DNA from: Streptomyces sp. WGS_02
GTDB taxonomy: Bacteria > Actinomycetota > Actinomycetes > Streptomycetales > Streptomycetaceae
Reading direction: 5' to 3'
Length of the DNA stretch: 32,000 bases
NCBI GenBank assembly: GCA_040989845.1
Contig: JAYMFZ010000004.1
Location: 7,399,184-7,431,183, forward strand
In this document: in pieces, positions 8,500-16,387 of the stretch
Layout: each line of letters starts with the position of its first letter
Numbering within the stretch: position 1 is the stretch's first letter
Notes under the pieces: generated by a model
The model's input: only the letters and a program-made list of their open reading frames with translations
Told to the model about the DNA's origin: nothing
Database searches by the model: none
Made by a program: the position numbers and the translations under genes

Positions 8500-10142
8500 A
8501 TGGTGCACGAACGGGCCGGTCACCCGGCACAGTCCGCAGACCTGGTCGACGTGGCGCGGCTGGTGACGGCCTATTACGCCCTCCACCCCGACCCGGCCGA
8601 CCCCGCCCAGCGTGTCGCCTTCGGCACCTCCGGCCACCGGGGCTCCGCGTTCGCCGCCGCGTTCAACGAGGACCACATCGCCGCCACCACCCAGGCGATC
8701 TGCGACTACCGTGCCCGCCAGGGCACCGACGGCCCCCTGTTCCTCGGCGCGGACACCCACGCGCTCTCCGAGCCCGCCCGGGTCACCGCCCTGGAGGTGC
8801 TGGCCGCCAACGGGGCCACCGTCCTCATCGACAGCGACGACGGCTACACCCCGACCCCGGCCGTCTCGCACGCCATCCTCACGTACAACCAGGGGCGCAC
8901 CGAGCACCTGGCCGACGGCATCGTGGTCACCCCGTCGCACAACCCGCCCGCCGACGGCGGCTTCAAGTACAACCCGCCGAACGGGGGTCCGGCCGCCTCC
9001 GACGCCACCTCCTGGATCCAGGACCGGGCGAACGCCCTGATCGAGGCCGGACTCGGGGAGGTCCGCCGGATCCCGTACGCCCGCGCCCTGGCCGCCGACA
9101 CCACCCGCCGCCACGACTTCCTGACCGCCTACGTCGACGATCTGCCGTCCGTCCTCGACCTCGACGCCGTACGGGACGCGGGCATCCGGATCGGCGCCGA
9201 CCCGCTCGGCGGGGCGTCCGTCGCCTACTGGGGGCGGATCGCCGAGCGCCACCGGATCGACCTCACGGTGGTGAACCCGCTGGCGGACCCGACCTGGCGG
9301 TTCATGACGCTCGACTGGGACGGCAAGATCCGCATGGACTGCTCGTCGCCGCACGCCATGGCCTCGCTCATCGAGCAGCGCGACGCGTACGCCGTCTCCA
9401 CCGGCAACGACGCGGACGCCGACCGGCACGGCATCGTCACGCCCGACGGCGGGCTGATGAACCCCAACCACTACCTGGCCGTCGCCATCGACTACCTCTA
9501 CACCCACCGCGACGCCTGGGCCGCCGGCACCGGCATCGGCAAGACGCTGGTCTCCTCCTCCATGATCGACCGGGTCGCCCAGGACCTCGGCCGCACCCTG
9601 GTGGAGGTCCCGGTCGGCTTCAAGTGGTTCGTCGACGGCCTCTACGACGGCAGCCTCGGCTTCGGCGGCGAGGAGTCCGCCGGGGCCTCCTTCCTGCGCC
9701 GCGACGGCCGGGTCTGGACGACGGACAAGGACGGCATCCTGCTGGCCCTCCTCGCCTCCGAGATCACCGCCGTCACCGGTTCCACCCCCTCCGAGCACTA
9801 CGCCCGCCTCACCGACCGCTTCGGCGACCCGGCGTACGCCCGTATCGACGCCCCCGCCACCCGCGAGGAGAAGGCCGTCCTGGCCAAGCTCTCCCCCAGC
9901 AGGTCAAGGCCGACACCCTGGCCGGGGAACCCGTCACCGCCGTCCTCACCGAGGCCCCCGGCAACGGGGCCCCGATCGGCGGCCTCAAGGTCTGCACCGA
10001 CAGCGCCTGGTTCGCCGCCCGCCCCTCGGGCACCGAGGACGTCTACAAGGTGTACGCGGAGAGCTTCCAGGGCCCCGGCCATCTCGCCCAGGTCCAGGAG
10101 GAGGCCCGGGCGCTGGTGTCCGAGGCGCTGGGCGGCGCCTAG
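8500..10142 (+). pseudogene. pgm: phosphoglucomutase (alpha-D-glucose phosphate-specific), interrupted by a 1-nt frameshift in this sequence
   Basis: GAGGAG RBS before ATG 8500. Motifs GTSGHRG and [15 protein letters not shown]. The frame-1 ORF (8500..) turns Pro/Arg/Ser-rich after ...AKLSP. The authentic C-terminus [12 protein letters not shown]...[29 protein letters not shown]...GGA continues in frame 0 to TAG 10140-10142. The switch maps to the C5 run 9893-9897, where one more C is expected. Confidence 0.9.
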
Positions 10143-11407
10143 GCGTCGGGCCGGCCGTCGCGTCGCCGCCGGGCGCGTTCGAGCTCGGCGGCGTCCGACA
10201 GCCAGGAGCCGTGCCGGTCGAGGGCGGCCCAGCCACCGCGGACGTAGGCGCTCACCAGGGTCCGGTACCCGCTCATCCCGTCGATGAGCGTGTACTCGAC
10301 CCGGTACTCCGGATCCGACCCGCCGCGGCTCTTGCGCACCGTCATGACCCGGGCGGCGGTGTCGGCGTAGAAGTGCAGCTGGATCCCCTCACCCAGCTCC
10401 TCGTCCTCGACGGTGAACACCTCGTTGTCGCCGGCGGAGCGATCACCGACGAACTCCCAGAACTCCGCCGAGGCCGTGCGCCCGCCGCCCGCGCGCCACT
10501 TCTTCTCGACGCCCTTGTCATCGGTGAAGGACAGGACGGTCTTCCTCGTCCGCACGTCCTCGCTTGGGCCGCCGATGGTCTCCTCGTCGTCCTCCGGAGG
10601 CGCGTTCCGGGAGCGATGGGCGGCTTCCGAGCACATCAGGAAGCTCATGGTGCGCACGGCGTCGGCGGCGAGCTCCGGGTGCGCCCGGCGCACGGCGGCG
10701 TCCACGGCCGTCTCCATCCGGCTCCAGTCGCGCTTGTCCGTGGCGCGCTTGCCCCGCCGTGGGTCGCGGCCGATCCGCATACCGGCGCACGCCTGCTCAG
10801 CGGTCGCGAGTACCCGCATGACCTCGGGCAGCCGCTCGGGGTCGACGGCGTCCGGCATCCGCTTCGGGATCGTCGCGCCGTGCAGGTACTGGCCCGTGTA
10901 CTTCAGAAGTGCCGTATCGAGCGGGCCCAGGACCACGCCGCGCTCGGCGCGACGGCGGTTCGCGTGATGCTCTTGAGCCCGCTTCTCGTCGGACGTCTCC
11001 GTCGCCGCGCGCATCGCCGCGCAGACCTGCCCGCGCTCCAGCAGTTCGACATCGGCCCCATGGGCGATGAGCCGGCCCCTGTCCCACGGGACGCGCCCGA
11101 AGAACGCGTCGACATCGGCGTGCGCGGCGAGGAGAACCGGATCCAGGAGCGCGACGGCGGCATCCTCGTCGAGCCGGCCCCGGGTGCCGGCGGCATCGCA
11201 CAACGGAAGGACCGCACTCCACAGCAGCAGGTGCCTGCCCAGGTCCGCCCGGATCACCGCGAGATGGGCTTCCCGGATCGGGAACGTGAACTCACGGGGC
11301 GAGTGGTTGGCGTCCGCCCCGGCACCGAGCATCACCTTCAGCTCGCCGTCCTCGCGGATCACGTTCGGGATCCAGCCGCTCGCGCGCGTGAAAACGATGT
11401 CTCTCAT
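10139..11407 (-). CDS. hypothetical protein (about 420 aa, no recognised domain)
   Basis: Long minus-strand ORF 10139..11536 with coding-type G/C3 bias. The region 11434-11475 forms a GC hairpin, so the start is placed at ATG 11407 (MRDIVFTR...); ATG 11425 is an alternative. No motif I can assign. Confidence 0.55.
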   Translation of the reverse strand: MRDIVFTRASGWIPNVIREDGELKVMLGAGADANHSPREFTFPIREAHLAVIRADLGRHLLLWSAVLPLCDAAGTRGRLDEDAAVALLDPVLLAAHADVDAFFGRVPWDRGRLIAHGADVELLERGQVCAAMRAATETSDEKRAQEHHANRRRAERGVVLGPLDTALLKYTGQYLHGATIPKRMPDAVDPERLPEVMRVLATAEQACAGMRIGRDPRRGKRATDKRDWSRMETAVDAAVRRAHPELAADAVRTMSFLMCSEAAHRSRNAPPEDDEETIGGPSEDVRTRKTVLSFTDDKGVEKKWRAGGGRTASAEFWEFVGDRSAGDNEVFTVEDEELGEGIQLHFYADTAARVMTVRKSRGGSDPEYRVEYTLIDGMSGYRTLVSAYVRGGWAALDRHGSWLSDAAELERARRRRDGRPDA

Positions 11408-11433
11408 GGCCCCAGTCTTTCCCATCGGACAAG

Positions 11434-11475
11434 GCCGGCGGCCCGGGCCCCACGACGACGCCCCGGGCCGCCGGC
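11434..11475 (-). terminator. GC-rich stem-loop downstream of the dhb operon
   Basis: Perfect 14-bp inverted repeat GCCGGCGGCCCGGG (11434-11447) / CCCGGGCCGCCGGC (11462-11475), 14-nt loop. It lies about 100 nt after the carrier-protein stop and only 9-27 nt before the next gene's candidate starts. Confidence 0.4.
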
Positions 11476-11537
11476 ACCGTTCGCTCCGGTGCTCGGCGAC
11501 TCCAGGGGATGCGCGTCGGACATACGGGTACGCCAAG

Positions 11538-11575
11538 GCCGGCCAGGTACGCCTGGGCCGGCCAGGTACACCTGG
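11538..11575. repeat. tandem 19-bp direct repeat (2 copies, 1 mismatch)
   Basis: GCCGGCCAGGTACGCCTGG (11538-11556) followed directly by GCCGGCCAGGTACACCTGG (11557-11575). A partial third copy GGGTACGCC lies at 11526-11534. Each unit contains the mini-palindrome CCAGG-N4-CCTGG. The repeat ends 1 nt from the stop codon at 11577-11579. Confidence 0.85.
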
Positions 11576-11576
11576 G

Positions 11577-11816
11577 TCAGCCGGCCACGCCCAGCAGCGG
11601 CGCCCAGGCCTCCAGCGCCGGCTTCTCGGCGAGGTCCGCGAAGGCCACCTCGATCCCGTGGTCGCGTCGCCAGGCGGCGGCCAGCGCCATCAGGCGGACG
11701 GAGTCGAGACCGTAGTCGACGAGGTTCTCGTCGACGGGGATCTCCTCGGGGTCCTCGCCGAGGATGTCGGCGACATCGGCACGGAGCTGGTCGAGTGTGA
11801 GCGCCACGGCGGTCAC
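11577..11816 (-). CDS. stand-alone aryl carrier protein (ArCP) for 2,3-dihydroxybenzoate
   Basis: 79-aa reading frame from GTG 11816 (GTGA overlap with the isochorismatase stop). Phosphopantetheine site motif LVDYGLDSVRLM. It corresponds to the C-terminal ArCP domain of EntB/DhbB encoded as a separate gene, possibly the dhbG of the griseobactin cluster. Confidence 0.85.
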   Translation of the reverse strand: MTAVALTLDQLRADVADILGEDPEEIPVDENLVDYGLDSVRLMALAAAWRRDHGIEVAFADLAEKPALEAWAPLLGVAG

Positions 11817-12445
11817 TTCCCTTCGAAGACGGTCCGGGCGGTGGTGACGACGGCGCACTTGCCCGCGGCCCACCGCAGCGCCATCGCATGGTCCTCGGCG
11901 GAGAAGTCCGCCACCGCGTCGGCCACCACGAACGCCTGGATGTCCTGCATCCAGGCGTCGCACGCGGTCATCAGCACGCCGATGTGGGCGTAGACGCCCG
12001 TGATGACGATCTGGTCCCGCCCCTGCTCGCGCAGCCGCTCCAGCAGATCCGCGCGGACGAAGCCGCTGTACTTCCACTTGGTGAGCACGGTGTCGTCCGC
12101 GTCGGGCGCGACCTCGTCCGCGATGGCCGCGAGGTGCTCGTCGGCCGGCAGGCCGGGGCCCCAGAAGTCCTGCTGGAGACCGCGCTCCTCCGGGCTCTGG
12201 CCGCCTGGCTGCGCGGTGTAGAGCACCGGGACCCCGAGCCGTGCCGCGTCCTTCTTCAACTCGGATACATGGACGAGGAGTTCGGGAACGGGTGCGGCCT
12301 CGCGGTCGTATGCCGTGAGGAAGTAGTTCTGCAGGTCGTGGACGAGCAGCACGGCGCGCGCCGGGTCGACGGTCCAGTCGACCCGGTTGGCGGGCAACTC
12401 GTCGGCGGACGGCATGGGGTAGGGGACGATGGCGGGCAGAGCCAT
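11813..12445 (-). CDS. dhbB: isochorismatase (no fused carrier domain)
   Basis: 210-aa ORF. EntB/DhbB-like N-terminal domain (LLVHDLQNYF, GVYAHIGVLMTA). Ends at TGA 11813-11815 without an ArCP domain. Confidence 0.92.
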   Translation of the reverse strand: MALPAIVPYPMPSADELPANRVDWTVDPARAVLLVHDLQNYFLTAYDREAAPVPELLVHVSELKKDAARLGVPVLYTAQPGGQSPEERGLQQDFWGPGLPADEHLAAIADEVAPDADDTVLTKWKYSGFVRADLLERLREQGRDQIVITGVYAHIGVLMTACDAWMQDIQAFVVADAVADFSAEDHAMALRWAAGKCAVVTTARTVFEGK

Positions 12446-12508
12446 GGTGGAGAGGGTTCCGTTCGGGGAGTCGTTCAGGAGGACGGGGACGGGGACGGGC
12501 GGGGACGG

Positions 12509-14146
12509 TTATGAGGGCGAGGACGACGGGGCCGTGCGGGCGGCGGCGTTGCGCAGATCCTTCTTGGAGACCTTGCCCACGCCGGTCTGCGGGAACGCGT
12601 CGACGAACTCGACCCGGTCCGGCACCTTGTAGGCGGCCAGGCCCCGTTCGCGGACGAACCGCTTGACGGCCACCGCCTTCAGCGGGCCCGCGCCCGAGCG
12701 CAGGATCACGTACGCGCAGGTGCGTTCGCCCAGATACGGGTCCGGCTCGGCCACCACGTTGGCGTCGTGCACGGCGGGGTGGGCGAGGATGTGGTTCTCG
12801 ACCTCCTCGGCGGCGATCTTCTCGCCGCCGCGGTTGATCTGGTCCTTGGCGCGTCCCTCGACGACGATGTGCCCGCTCCCGGTGACCCGCACGATGTCAC
12901 CGGTGCGGTAGAAGCCGTCCTCGGTGAAGGAACGGGCGTTGTGCTCGGGGGCGTTCCAGTAGCCCCGGATGGTGTACGGGCCCCGGGTCAGCAGGTGGCC
13001 CGTCTCGCCCGGCGCCACCTCCTGGTCCTCGTCGTCGAGGACGAGGATCTCGTCGTCGGGCGAGATGGGCCGGCCCTGGGTGGTGACGATCGTCTCGACC
13101 GGGTCGTCGAGACGGGTGTAGTTGACCAGCCCCTCGGCCATGCCGAACACCTGCTGGAGCGTGCAGCCCAGCGCGGGCCGCACCCGGCGGGCCGCCTCCT
13201 CGCTGAACTTGGCGCCGCCCACCAGCAGTACGTCCAGGCTGGTGAGATCGTGCGCGGTGCCGGGCGCGGCCTCGGTCCAGAGCAGGGCCAGCGGCGGCAC
13301 GAGCCCGGTGATGGTGACGCCCTCACGCTCGATCAGCGGGAACGCCACCTCGGGCGAAGGCCCCGGGCACAGCACCACACGGCCCCCGGCGTACAGCGTG
13401 CCGAGCGAACCGGGGGAGGAGAGCGGAAAGTTGTGCGCGGCGGGCAGCACGCACAGGTAGACGCTGTTCTCGTCGACCGCGCAGATCTCGTTGGACCCCC
13501 ACAGTGAGTAGATGTAGTCGTCGTGGGTGCGCGGGATCAGCTTCGGGATGCCGGTGCTGCCGCCGGACAGCTGGAGGAAGGCCAGGTCGTCCGGGCGGGG
13601 CCCGCCGTAGCCGACCGGCTCCTCGGCGACCTCGGACAGCGCCTCGAACTCGCCGGGGTCCCCCTGGGCGACGAACACATGGCGCAGCGTGCTCACATTG
13701 GCGTGCGTCTTCGACGCCAGCTCACGGTAGTCGAAGCCGCCGTGCTCGGCCGCGACGACGTACGCCACCGCCTCGGTGAACTCGCAGAAGTAGGTGATCT
13801 CGCTCTCGCGGTGCGCGGGCAGCGCGAAGACGGGCAGCGCGCCGACCCGGAACAGCGCGAAGATCACCTCGAAGAACTCGGCGATGTTGGGGAGTTGGAC
13901 CACCACCTTGTCGCCCTTGACGATGCCCCGGGAGAGGAAGCCCGCCGCCAGCCGGTCGGCGCGCCGGTCGAGATCGGCGTACGTCCACCGGCTGCCCGCC
14001 ACCGGGTCGACGATCGCGACCCGGTCGGGGTGCTCCTCGGCGCGCTGTCGCAGCATCTCCCCGAAGGTCTCCCCGCGCCACCAGCCGGCCGCCCGGTACC
14101 GCTCGGCGAATTCGGCGGGCCAGGTGGGCGCCGCTTCCGTGGTCAC
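12509..14146 (-). CDS. dhbE: 2,3-dihydroxybenzoate-AMP ligase
   Basis: 545 aa from GTG 14146 (GTGA overlap with the dhbC stop). EntE/DhbE motifs [36 protein letters not shown]. The 798-aa track ORF is an upstream read-through extension. Confidence 0.94.
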   Translation of the reverse strand: MTTEAAPTWPAEFAERYRAAGWWRGETFGEMLRQRAEEHPDRVAIVDPVAGSRWTYADLDRRADRLAAGFLSRGIVKGDKVVVQLPNIAEFFEVIFALFRVGALPVFALPAHRESEITYFCEFTEAVAYVVAAEHGGFDYRELASKTHANVSTLRHVFVAQGDPGEFEALSEVAEEPVGYGGPRPDDLAFLQLSGGSTGIPKLIPRTHDDYIYSLWGSNEICAVDENSVYLCVLPAAHNFPLSSPGSLGTLYAGGRVVLCPGPSPEVAFPLIEREGVTITGLVPPLALLWTEAAPGTAHDLTSLDVLLVGGAKFSEEAARRVRPALGCTLQQVFGMAEGLVNYTRLDDPVETIVTTQGRPISPDDEILVLDDEDQEVAPGETGHLLTRGPYTIRGYWNAPEHNARSFTEDGFYRTGDIVRVTGSGHIVVEGRAKDQINRGGEKIAAEEVENHILAHPAVHDANVVAEPDPYLGERTCAYVILRSGAGPLKAVAVKRFVRERGLAAYKVPDRVEFVDAFPQTGVGKVSKKDLRNAAARTAPSSSPS

Positions 14147-15348
14147 AGCTCGGCTCCCACGGCGCTCAGGAAGGTGCGGAACTTGGCCGCGGTCTCCGCG
14201 GTCTCCGCCTCGGGCTCGGAGGCGGCGACGACACCCGCTCCGGCGTACAGGCGCAGGGTGCGCTCCTCGGCCTCGGCGCAGCGGATCGTGACGACCCAGT
14301 CGCCGTCGCCCTCGGCGTTGCCCCAGCCGACCACGCCGGTGAAGAAGCCACGGTCGAACGGTTCGGTCTCCGCGATGACCTGACGGGCCGTCCGCGTCGG
14401 CGTGCCGCACACGGCGGGTGTCGGGTGCAGCGCGAGCGCCAGCTCCAGCGCCGAGGTGTCGGGGGAGCGCAGGGTGCCGGTGACCGTGGTGGACAGGTGC
14501 CACATGGTGGCGGTGCGGATGAGCGTCGGCCGGGCCGGGACGGTCAGTTCCGTGCAGTGCCCCGCGAGCGCCTGGTGGACGGCGTCGACGACGACGGCGT
14601 GTTCGTGGAGATCCTTGACGGATTCCAGCAGTGTCGCCGCCCGGCGCACGTCCTCGGCCAGGTCGGCGCTGCGCGGGGTCGAGCCGGCCAGCGGGTTGGC
14701 GACGACCTGCTTGCCATGGCGGGAGACGAGCAGCTCGGGGCTGGCGCCGATGAGGGTGCGCCCGGGCCTGGTCGGCAGGGCGAAGGTGTAGCCGGAGGGG
14801 TCGCGGCGGGCGAGGCGCTGGAGCATCGCGGGCAGGTCGACCGGGGCGTCGGAGGTGAGTTCGAGGGTGCGGGCCAGGACGACCTTGCTGAACTCGCCGC
14901 GCCACATGCGTTCCACGGCGGCGGCGACGCCCTTGCCGTAGATCTCCGGCTCGGGCACCTGGCGTATCTCCCAGGTCCCGGCGGTGGGCGCGGTGGCCGG
15001 CAGGGCGATGAGCGGGTCGGAGGCGAGCGCGGGCGCGGTGCGCACCGACTCCGGGACGCTCAGCGCGGCCGGGGCGGTGTGGTCGAAGGGGATGGCCCCG
15101 ATGACCACCGGTGACTCCTGGCCGGCGGCGGCCGCCGCGGCGAGCGTGGCGTCCACCCGCGCGGTCAACGGTCTCTCGTCGTGCGGGACATGGTGTCCCG
15201 GTCCCCGTGCGAGCAGCGTGCGTCCGGGAGTGGCGAGAAAGTGGTCGCCCGGTGCGTAGGCGTCCAGAAGCGAGGTGGCCGCTCCTACGGCCGGGTGGGC
15301 CGGATCGGCCGGGGCGGTGTGCGTGGCGACCTGGGATGCCGTCGACAC
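14143..15348 (-). CDS. dhbC: isochorismate synthase
   Basis: 401-aa ORF. GTG 15348 is preceded by GGAG. The chorismate-binding C-terminal half ([32 protein letters not shown]) is typical of EntC/DhbC. Confidence 0.92.
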   Translation of the reverse strand: MSTASQVATHTAPADPAHPAVGAATSLLDAYAPGDHFLATPGRTLLARGPGHHVPHDERPLTARVDATLAAAAAAGQESPVVIGAIPFDHTAPAALSVPESVRTAPALASDPLIALPATAPTAGTWEIRQVPEPEIYGKGVAAAVERMWRGEFSKVVLARTLELTSDAPVDLPAMLQRLARRDPSGYTFALPTRPGRTLIGASPELLVSRHGKQVVANPLAGSTPRSADLAEDVRRAATLLESVKDLHEHAVVVDAVHQALAGHCTELTVPARPTLIRTATMWHLSTTVTGTLRSPDTSALELALALHPTPAVCGTPTRTARQVIAETEPFDRGFFTGVVGWGNAEGDGDWVVTIRCAEAEERTLRLYAGAGVVAASEPEAETAETAAKFRTFLSAVGAEL

Positions 15349-15456
15349 GGGAACTCCATTCTCGATGGTCCCGTCAGCGGGTGCGGGGGGCTGGATGGGA
15401 GGTGAAGGCAGGTGCAGGAAAGGGGCGCGGTAAAGGAAGGAGGGGCGGCCGGGCGG

Positions 15457-16287
15457 TCAGCGCAGGGTCGCGCCGCCGTCGACGTACAGCTCCTGCATGG
15501 TGATGTGGCGGGCGCGGTCCGAGGCGAGGAACGCCACCGTCTCCGCGATGTCCCCGGGGCCGGCGATCCGGCCCAGCGGAATGCCGGTGCGGTACGTGGC
15601 GGGGTCCCCGTCGATGACGCGCTGTTCGGCGCCCGGGTCGGTCCACAGCGCGCGTTGCATCGGTGTGTCGGTGGAGCCGGGCGCGACGACGTTGCAGCGG
15701 ACGCCGCTGCGGGCGAGTTCGAGTCCCAGACACTTGGTGAACATGGCGGCGGCCGCCTTGGAGGCGGCGTAGGCGGCCATGCCGGTGCGCGGGATCCCGG
15801 CGGCGTTGGAGCCGACGGTGACGACCGCGCCGGATCCGCGGGCCGCCATGAGCGGGGCGACGGCCTGGGAGACATGGAAGACGCCGGTGGCGTTCACCGC
15901 GAAGGTGTCCGCCCAGTCCTGCGCGGAGAGCACGGCCGCCGGGCCGGGGCGCAGGATGCCCGCCACGTTCACCAGGACGTCGACCGGGCCGAGTTGTCGC
16001 TCGACACGGGCCACGGTGCTCTCCACCGAGCCGCGGTCGGTGACGTCCATCACATACGGGTCCAGACTGCCTGCCGAACGCTCGCCACTGGGCAGTTTCT
16101 CCTGCGTCCGGGTCCACTCGGCGGCCGTCGCCTCGATGCCGGGCAGGGCGCGATCCGTGGCGGCCACGCGGGCGCCGAGGGTGGCGAGCAGGTCGGCGAC
16201 TGCCGCGCCGATGCCTTGTGCGGCACCGGTGACCAGAGCAGTGCGGCCCATGAAGTCGCCGCTTCTGCCCGGTATGTGCTCAGGCAT
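15457..16287 (-). CDS. dhbA: 2,3-dihydro-2,3-dihydroxybenzoate dehydrogenase (SDR)
   Basis: ATG 16287 lies 6 nt after GGAGGAGG (complement of 16294-16301). SDR motifs TGAAQGIG and YAASKAA. First gene of the dhb operon. Confidence 0.92.
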   Translation of the reverse strand: MPEHIPGRSGDFMGRTALVTGAAQGIGAAVADLLATLGARVAATDRALPGIEATAAEWTRTQEKLPSGERSAGSLDPYVMDVTDRGSVESTVARVERQLGPVDVLVNVAGILRPGPAAVLSAQDWADTFAVNATGVFHVSQAVAPLMAARGSGAVVTVGSNAAGIPRTGMAAYAASKAAAAMFTKCLGLELARSGVRCNVVAPGSTDTPMQRALWTDPGAEQRVIDGDPATYRTGIPLGRIAGPGDIAETVAFLASDRARHITMQELYVDGGATLR

Positions 16288-16306
16288 GAGCAACCTCCTC
16301 CGGGTG

Positions 16307-16325
16307 TTAGGTAAGGGTAACCTAA
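16307..16325. promoter_or_regulatory. iron box (DmdR/IdeR/DtxR-type operator) at the dhbA promoter
   Basis: TTAGGTAAGGGTAACCTAA matches 16/19 of TTAGGTTAGCCTAACCTAA. It lies immediately upstream of the dhbA RBS and contains TAnnnT -10-like hexamers. Confidence 0.75.
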
Positions 16326-16368
16326 ATTGAACCGACCGCCCAGAAGGGGTCGAGCCGTCGATATCTAC

Positions 16369-16387
16369 TTAGGCTAGCCTCACCTTA
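16369..16387. promoter_or_regulatory. iron box at the permease-esterase promoter
   Basis: TTAGGCTAGCCTCACCTTA matches 16/19 of the consensus. Its last base is the A of ATG 16387. The internal TAGCCT (16374-16379) is a TAnnnT hexamer 7 nt before that ATG. Confidence 0.6.

Noticed and set aside
7228-9798. 856-aa minus-strand ORF opposite the chitinase and pgm genes
   Set aside because: Shadow ORF. It crosses an intergenic region containing a terminator hairpin, has low-complexity composition, and the sense-strand genes have clear catalytic motifs.
10143-10287. C-terminal tail of the 595-aa ORF 8500..10287
   Set aside because: An out-of-frame product of the homopolymer frameshift at 9893-9897. 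The authentic PGM C-terminus is in the neighbouring frame, ending at 10142.
11526-11575. CRISPR-like or mobile-element terminal repeat interpretation of the 19-bp tandem repeat
   Set aside because: Only two adjacent copies (plus a fragment), with no spacers, no cas or transposase genes, and no matching inverted copy elsewhere in the window.
14147-14905. Upstream extension of about 250 aa on the dhbE ORF (track ORF 12509..14905, 798 aa)
   Set aside because: The extension is Arg/Pro/Gly-rich and overlaps dhbC in another frame. DhbE homology begins at GTG 14146 ([17 protein letters not shown]), which overlaps the dhbC stop.
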